A stretch of DNA of 64,000 nucleotides from Bacteroidia bacterium (GTDB lineage: Bacteria > Bacteroidota > Bacteroidia > 2-12-FULL-35-15): assembly GCA_030654175.1 (NCBI GenBank), contig JAURXZ010000030.1, forward strand, positions 588,502 through 652,501, written 5' to 3'. Position numbers and translations under genes: made by a program. The notes beneath the pieces were generated by a model that saw nothing but the letters and a program-made list of their open reading frames with translations, searched no databases and was not told the DNA's origin. How positions within the stretch are numbered: position 1 is the first letter of the stretch; the number at the start of each line of letters is the position of its first letter. Below are positions 58,474 to 64,000 of this stretch, in pieces.

Positions 58474-60303
58474 ATGCAAAAATTCTTTATTATCTGGTTG
58501 ATCAGCATGTTAATTCCTATTTTCTCAAGTGCACAAGCTCAACCGGAAAAGAAGAAAGAAAAAAAAGATTCTTTAGCTGTTTATAAAAAAATACAACGCA
58601 TTGCTTCGAAACGGAAATTCACCCATTTGCTTTACCAGGCTATTTTTACGGATTCTATATCCGGCCTCCTTGTGTCTCCGAAAATAAAAAAAGATAATTA
58701 TGACAATTACAAAGGAAAAATCATCCGGAAAATTGAAATAATTTCACTTGATCCTTTCGGTACTTCAGTTGATTTCCCTGACAGAAAAATTGATAAACCG
58801 TTGGTGAAAACAGGAAATAAATTACACGCTAAATCAAAAGAAATAATTATAAAAAACCAGTTGCTGATAAAGAAAGGGGATACGTTAGATCCCCTTTCTT
58901 TAAGGGAGTCGGAGCGGATCTTAAGAAGAACTTCTTACATAAGGGATGCTAAGATCAGCATTGATCCGGTAAGGAATAGCCAAGATAGTATTGATGTGGT
59001 AGTGGTGGTCCAGAATCTTTGGTCGTTGCTATTGACATTAGAAAGTGATGGCCCTTACTACACTGTTTCGTTAAAAGAAACTAACTTTTTAGGACTTGGG
59101 CAGGGGTTTCAAAACGGTTTGACCTTTCGACCAGATTCTTTGACCCATGCGGTTTTAAATGGTAGTTATTCTATTCCTAATATCAGAAGAAGTTTTATAA
59201 CCGCAACCGCTTATTATAGCACTTCTACAAACAATTCTGTTCGTGGGATGAGCGTAAACCGAATGTTTTATTCCCCTTTGGCTAAATGGGCAGGAGGAGG
59301 AGACGAGATCCTTGTAAATTCAGTTAATCCATACACTGTAGTTGATTCTTTTCAGTCGGGTTACCCTATAGAATCCAGGCATCATGATTACTGGCTTGGC
59401 AGAAGTTTTAAAATACATCATGGGGATTCTGATGAAGACAGAAGTTCGCGATTAGTGGTTGCCGGAAGGTTGCTTAACATATATTATAACCAAAGACCAA
59501 ATTCCTTAGTTGATACTTTACACATATTTCAGAACAGTACATTTTACTTCGGGAGTGTTGGATATTCTACACGTAAATACTATAAAGATGAGTATATTTT
59601 CCGGTTTGGTGTAAACGAAGATGTTCCCGAAGGAAGTCTTTTTGCGCTGATTGGAGGATTAGAAAACAAAGAACTTTCCCTGAATTATTATATGGGGGCA
59701 AAAACCGCTGCAGGAAAGCACTTCGATAACAAAGGTTATATTTCAGGCGGCTTAGAATATGGCACGTTTTTGAAATCCGCCAAACCAGAAAGAGGGGTTA
59801 TCAATTTTGATCTCTCTTATATAAGTGATCGTTTAATGATAAACAGATATGGTGTAAGGCAGTTCATTTATTACCATCTCACACAAGGGCTGGATAGAGA
59901 AGTTTATGAGAGTGTAAATATTAACGGGAACAAAGGGCTTTACGGATTTGAAAGTAATACTTTAAAAGGAAAAAGTAAAATGTATCTGAACTTACAAACT
60001 ATTATTTATACACCCTGGAATTTGATCGGGTTTCAGTTTGCTCCTGTTGTATTTGCGGGTTTCGGAATGATGGATAACAAAAACGGATTTTCCATACAAA
60101 ACACAGTATACCAGGTTTATGGAATTGGGGTGTTGGTAAGAAACGAAAATCTGATCATTAATTCGTTCCGGTTTTCTTTTGCATTTTATCCTAATGAACC
60201 CGGCAGACCCGGGGTTGATTTTAGAATAAATCCTTTTGGCGCTTATGATCTAAGGTTCAATGATTTTTTTCTTTCTAAGCCAAGTCCTGTTTCATATCAA
60301 TAA
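58474..60303 (+). CDS. Omp85-family-like outer membrane protein (signal peptide, POTRA-like region, predicted beta-barrel)
   Basis: Signal peptide MQKFFIIWLISMLIPIFSSAQA. POTRA-like block (LRESERILRRTSYIRDAKISIDPV...DSIDVVVVVQ). Alternating-hydrophobic C-terminal half ending in an aromatic-rich terminus. Confidence 0.5.
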   Translation: MQKFFIIWLISMLIPIFSSAQAQPEKKKEKKDSLAVYKKIQRIASKRKFTHLLYQAIFTDSISGLLVSPKIKKDNYDNYKGKIIRKIEIISLDPFGTSVDFPDRKIDKPLVKTGNKLHAKSKEIIIKNQLLIKKGDTLDPLSLRESERILRRTSYIRDAKISIDPVRNSQDSIDVVVVVQNLWSLLLTLESDGPYYTVSLKETNFLGLGQGFQNGLTFRPDSLTHAVLNGSYSIPNIRRSFITATAYYSTSTNNSVRGMSVNRMFYSPLAKWAGGGDEILVNSVNPYTVVDSFQSGYPIESRHHDYWLGRSFKIHHGDSDEDRSSRLVVAGRLLNIYYNQRPNSLVDTLHIFQNSTFYFGSVGYSTRKYYKDEYIFRFGVNEDVPEGSLFALIGGLENKELSLNYYMGAKTAAGKHFDNKGYISGGLEYGTFLKSAKPERGVINFDLSYISDRLMINRYGVRQFIYYHLTQGLDREVYESVNINGNKGLYGFESNTLKGKSKMYLNLQTIIYTPWNLIGFQFAPVVFAGFGMMDNKNGFSIQNTVYQVYGIGVLVRNENLIINSFRFSFAFYPNEPGRPGVDFRINPFGAYDLRFNDFFLSKPSPVSYQ

Positions 60304-60374
60304 GATGTGGAGGTGGTTATTTTCTTTTTAAATATTTACAGATTATGAATTAATATTAACCTGTTCTTTTTTTA

Positions 60375-60479
60375 AGAATAAATTTAATGGGGGCGTTCCA
60401 CTTTCTGAAAAGAAAGTGGCGGGCTTTGCGCTTCAATCTTTTCTAAAAAGAAAAGGATTTACGCTGCAATCCCTAACGC
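60375..60479 (+). ncRNA. Structured intergenic repeat (family A, copy 2), upstream of the IscS-like gene
   Basis: AATAAATTTAATGGGGGCGTTCC, then hairpin CCACTTTCT-gaaa-AGAAAGTGG, then GCGGGCTTTGCGCTTCAATC, then hairpin TCTTTTCT-aaaa-AGAAAAGG, then ATTTACGCTGCAATCCCTAACGC. Homologous to 37214-37327. Confidence 0.55.
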
Positions 60480-60548
60480 AATAATAACAACAGCAGAACA
60501 ATAGTATCAATCGTATCTATTATATTTGCAACAAAGTCTTAAAAAATT

Positions 60549-61697
60549 GTGAAAACACCTATTTATTTAGATCATAACGCTACCACACCAGTTGATAAAC
60601 GGGTGTTAGAAACGATGTTGCCCTATTTTACTGAAAAATTTGGTAACGCCTCCAGCCGCACACATGCTTTTGGCTGGGTTGCAGAAGATGCTGTAAAAAC
60701 AGCGCGTGAACAAGTTGCTCAACTTATCAACTGTTTGGCACAGGAAATTATTTTTACATCCGGTGCCACTGAAGCTATTAACCTTGCCATTAAAGGTGTT
60801 TGGGAAAAGTATCAAACCAAAGGCAAACATATTATCACTGTTAAAACCGAACACAAAGCAGTGCTGGATACTTGTAAATCCCTGGAACGAAAAGGTGCTG
60901 AGATCACTTATTTATCAGTGGATCGTGAAGGATTGATCGATCTGGAAGAATTAAAAAATGCACTAACTCCTCAAACTATTCTGGTAGCTGTGATGTATGC
61001 CAACAATGAAACAGGAGTGATACAACCTATCAAACAAATTGCTGACCTGGTTCATGCCAACAATAGTATTTTTATGTGTGATGCAACACAAGCTGTCGGA
61101 AAAATAAATTGCGATGTGGAAGATGATCATATTGATCTGATGTGTTTGAGTGCACATAAATTTTACGGTCCGAAAGGTATAGGTGCTTTGTATGTTAGAA
61201 GAAAAAACCCACGTGTTACGTTGTATCCGCAAATAGATGGCGGTGGTCATGAACGCGGTTTACGCTCAGGAACATTAAACGTAACAGGCATTGTGGGGCT
61301 TGGCAAAGCCTGTGAAATTGCACAACAGGAAATGTGGGACGATTCGATCCGCATTTCAAAACTGCGAACAAAATTGGAGCAGCACCTCTGCGACCTGCCG
61401 AATGTTTTTATTAATGGAAGCACGAAGCATCGTTTGTTTAATGTTACCAATATTACTTTTCAAGGTGTTCGTTCAGAAACACTAATAAATAAAATTCCAA
61501 ACATTGCATTAGCAATGGGTTCCGCATGCACTTCCGCTATTGCAGAACCATCACATGTTTTAAAAGCGATGGGAATGAGTGATGAGGATTCCTATAGTGC
61601 TGTTCGCTTTAGTTTGGGCAAATACACTACAGAAGCAGAAATTAATGAAGTGATTGAAATAGTGAATAGAGTAATTTTTGAGATGGCAAAGAACTGA
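60549..61697 (+). CDS. iscS: Cysteine desulfurase, IscS/NifS class I
   Basis: MKTPIYLDHNATTPVD N-terminus. PLP-lysine region SAHKFYGPKGIGALYVRRK. C-terminal SGSACTS active-site cysteine loop. GTG start. Confidence 0.85.
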   Translation: MKTPIYLDHNATTPVDKRVLETMLPYFTEKFGNASSRTHAFGWVAEDAVKTAREQVAQLINCLAQEIIFTSGATEAINLAIKGVWEKYQTKGKHIITVKTEHKAVLDTCKSLERKGAEITYLSVDREGLIDLEELKNALTPQTILVAVMYANNETGVIQPIKQIADLVHANNSIFMCDATQAVGKINCDVEDDHIDLMCLSAHKFYGPKGIGALYVRRKNPRVTLYPQIDGGGHERGLRSGTLNVTGIVGLGKACEIAQQEMWDDSIRISKLRTKLEQHLCDLPNVFINGSTKHRLFNVTNITFQGVRSETLINKIPNIALAMGSACTSAIAEPSHVLKAMGMSDEDSYSAVRFSLGKYTTEAEINEVIEIVNRVIFEMAKN

Positions 61698-61749
61698 TTA
61701 ATGTAGAATACGGACAACCGTTTTATAACCCTTTAGATTAAAAAGATTT

Positions 61750-64000
61750 TTAAACTCTAACACCAATCATCAAAATATCATCCACCTGCTCCAGGTTTCC
61801 TTTCCAATTATTGACCGTTTTGTTAAGTATCAACTTTTGATCCTCCATCGATAAGTGCTGAATCCCTAACAATAGCTCTTTTAATTGCTTTTGTAAAAAT
61901 TTCTTTTCTTTGGGTCCGCCAAACTGGTCGGCATAACCATCTGATGCAGTATAAACAATATCCCCTTTTTGCAATACTATAGTTTGTAAGGTAAATGACA
62001 GGTTCTCTTCATTATATTTACCAACAGGCATTTTATCAGCCTTGTATTCTATCAATTCTCCCTTACGCAGCAACCATAAAGGATTATATGCAGCTGCAAA
62101 ATGTAAAAGCATGTTGTCAAAATCAAAAGCGCAGAGAACGCAATCCATACCGTCCCTTGAAACCTCTTTACTTCCTGGTGGATTAAGAGCTTTTATTATT
62201 TCGGCACGTTGAGCGTTAAGGATATCATGTGGCATAGTAATACCTCGTTCCAATACGTTTTCGTTAAGATAAGAAATATTTAGCATACTCATAAAAGCGC
62301 CAGGTACCCCATGTCCGGTACAATCGGCTGTAGCAATATAAAAGAGTCCTTTGCCACCATTCCCAGCATTTGGAGCACTTTGTAATGCCCAGTAAAAATC
62401 TCCACTGACAATATCTTTGGGTTTAAATAATATAAAATATTCTGCTGGTAAATTATTCTTAATATAATCATCGCTAGTAAGCAGGGCGGTTTGTATGCGT
62501 TTGGCGTAAGTGATTGAATCTACAATCTCTTTTTGCTTTTCTTCAACAATGTGTTTTTGCCTATCTGCAATCTTACGAAGCTCTTCAGCAATAATACGCT
62601 GGCTATCAGCTATATCTTTTTGCTTAGTGACTTCATTCTTTTGTTCCTCAATAATATTTTTCTGCTTACGAGTAATACGTAACGATCTGAAAATAAAGCC
62701 GGCAAATACCAGCACCAGTAGAAAACCAACAACAACTGAACAGATGATATTTTTTTGTAAGCGACTTTTCTCTTCTGCAATTGCTTGCTGCTTTTCATTC
62801 TCCGCCTTAGTAAGAGCTTCTTTTTTACCAAATTCATAGTCCATTTCTTTCCGCACCAATTGTTTTTTGTTTTCCTGACCAAATATAGTATCGCGAATTG
62901 CTATGGACCTCTTATAATAATTCAAAGAAAGTAAGCGCATCTCTTCAATAGATAAAAATTTGCCTCCACTTGTATCTGGTAAGGGAATGTTTGCCTTTTC
63001 ATAAAGTTCGCTTAAATCACTATATGAAACTTGCTGGTGATCCATTGATCCAATACTTTCATTAATAACAAGGGCCCGGGAGATATATTTCTGTGCCTCT
63101 TTATATTTTTTTTGCTCGGTATAGAGGGAGCCAATACTCCCAAGTATTATTGCCTCACCACTTTTTCTCCCAAGCTCTTCATTTATTTTCAATGCTTTGA
63201 AATAATAATCCAAAGCTTTAGGAAAATCTCCCTGATCGGAATAGACATTTGCAATATTGCCAAGTTTGCTTGCAATACTACTTTTGTTTCCAACCTCCTC
63301 TGCTATTTTCAATGCCTTAAAATAATATTCTAATGCTTTTTTATAAAGAGAGTTGGACATTATTTTATCGACAGTCTGTTGACTCCCGGCTTGATGATAA
63401 TATACATTGCCGATATTGCCAAGCCACGCGGAACTATGATTTTTCCTTCCTAACTCTTCCGAAATTTTAAGTGCCTTGAAATAATAATCCAATGCCTTTG
63501 GGTAATTAACCTGATCGGAATAGATAATTCCTATATTACCAAGCCAGGTTCCAATTAAGTTTTTATCTCCGATATCTTCCGCTATTTTTAATGCTTTGAA
63601 AAAACAGTCCAATGCCTTGGGAAAATTTGCCTGATCTTTATAGACAGTTCCAATGCTTCCGTAAGTAATAGACAATTCATCTTTTGCACCCAGTTCTTCG
63701 TTGAGTTTTATTGCTTTAAGATAATAATCAATTGCTTGAGGGTAAAGCCCCAATTGATTAGTATTCCAGCCCAACTCTGCAAAAGAAATGGCGAGAAATT
63801 TTTTGTTGTTTATCCTTTCGGAAATCTCCTTTGCTTGTTCTGCATAGAAAATAGCACTATCTGGATTTTGATAAGAGTATTTACTGGCAAGTGAAATAAG
63901 GCATTTTACCTTATTTGTATCAATTTTTTCTTTTTTCAGTAGGTTTAAAAGAGAATCAATTTTTTTGTCTTGGGCCTTTAAAGGAAATACAAAAAATGAA
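61750..64000 (-). CDS. TPR-repeat protein with a transmembrane and coiled-coil region and a C-terminal PP2C-type (SpoIIE/RsbU-like) Ser/Thr phosphatase domain; the N-terminus runs beyond the window end
   Basis: Multiple ALDYYFKALKI.EELG TPR units. TM segment IICSVVVGFLLVLVFAGFIF. PP2C motifs SGDFYW...ADCTGHGVPGAFMSM...DGMDCVLC...ASDGYADQFGG. The frame stays open upstream of the TTG at 63774 all the way to 64000. Confidence 0.8.
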   Translation of the reverse strand, partial: SFFVFPLKAQDKKIDSLLNLLKKEKIDTNKVKCLISLASKYSYQNPDSAIFYAEQAKEISERINNKKFLAISFAELGWNTNQLGLYPQAIDYYLKAIKLNEELGAKDELSITYGSIGTVYKDQANFPKALDCFFKALKIAEDIGDKNLIGTWLGNIGIIYSDQVNYPKALDYYFKALKISEELGRKNHSSAWLGNIGNVYYHQAGSQQTVDKIMSNSLYKKALEYYFKALKIAEEVGNKSSIASKLGNIANVYSDQGDFPKALDYYFKALKINEELGRKSGEAIILGSIGSLYTEQKKYKEAQKYISRALVINESIGSMDHQQVSYSDLSELYEKANIPLPDTSGGKFLSIEEMRLLSLNYYKRSIAIRDTIFGQENKKQLVRKEMDYEFGKKEALTKAENEKQQAIAEEKSRLQKNIICSVVVGFLLVLVFAGFIFRSLRITRKQKNIIEEQKNEVTKQKDIADSQRIIAEELRKIADRQKHIVEEKQKEIVDSITYAKRIQTALLTSDDYIKNNLPAEYFILFKPKDIVSGDFYWALQSAPNAGNGGKGLFYIATADCTGHGVPGAFMSMLNISYLNENVLERGITMPHDILNAQRAEIIKALNPPGSKEVSRDGMDCVLCAFDFDNMLLHFAAAYNPLWLLRKGELIEYKADKMPVGKYNEENLSFTLQTIVLQKGDIVYTASDGYADQFGGPKEKKFLQKQLKELLLGIQHLSMEDQKLILNKTVNNWKGNLEQVDDILMIGVRV

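Noticed and set aside
1-64000. CRISPR arrays and rRNA genes
   Set aside because: No regularly spaced 25-40 bp direct repeats with unique spacers were seen. The TTACTAC array has no spacer-like unique segments and is read as iterons. No rRNA-like sequence was recognised anywhere in the window.

Overview
This 64-kb window looks like chromosomal DNA from a Bacteroidota organism, probably Chitinophagaceae or Sphingobacteriia-like. The evidence is T9SS type A and type B C-terminal sorting domains, an ORF6N protein, a DUF2480-like protein, TTG/GTG starts and few Shine-Dalgarno sites.

Main contents, from start to end:
- 1-3383 (-): a large collagen-like, glycine-rich, PKD-repeat surface protein with a T9SS type A C-terminal domain, running off the window edge.
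- 3385-4721: a 1.3-kb AT-rich stretch with no convincing genes.
- 4722-5276 (-): an ORF6N/KilA-N gene with a perfect 12+12 palindrome in its leader.
- 5561-14312: an ~8.7-kb integrative element inserted at the 3' end of tRNA-Arg(ACG), bounded by 18-bp direct repeats. It carries two tyrosine integrases, two small HTH excisionase-like genes, an XRE regulator, a zinc-ribbon/Toprim/P-loop primase-helicase and an iteron-like TTACTAC repeat array.
- 14516-20665: an SPFH protein, then a tight 10-gene sulfur-trafficking operon (DUF302, CstB-like persulfide dioxygenase-rhodanese fusion, HMA protein, two rhodaneses, thioredoxin, DUF983, rhodanese-thioredoxin lipoprotein).
- 20723-27933: thrC, a tandem Usp, an S2P-CBS protease, and a translationally coupled CaCA exchanger plus Ca-type P-type ATPase.
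- 28104-33712: a glycan-modification locus (wecB, two polysaccharide-deacetylase-like proteins, an AAC(3)-family N-acetyltransferase, a FemAB-like acyltransferase).
- 33776-38125: upp, a small membrane protein, a HAD hydrolase, a MqnC/MqnE radical SAM enzyme and an MBL hydrolase.
- 38315-55233 (-): a tandem array of four paralogous giant PKD-repeat proteins with T9SS type B C-terminal domains, interleaved with an M43-like metalloprotease carrying a type A domain.
- 55464-58201 (-): DUF2480-like, sufT, sufE, sufS.
- 58474-64000: an Omp85-like outer membrane protein, an IscS-like desulfurase and a TPR-PP2C phosphatase that runs off the window.

Non-coding highlights are two families of structured intergenic repeats (one with compensatory stem changes between its two copies), a composite inverted and direct repeat upstream of an adhesin gene, and several intrinsic terminators. 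No CRISPR array or rRNA was seen.
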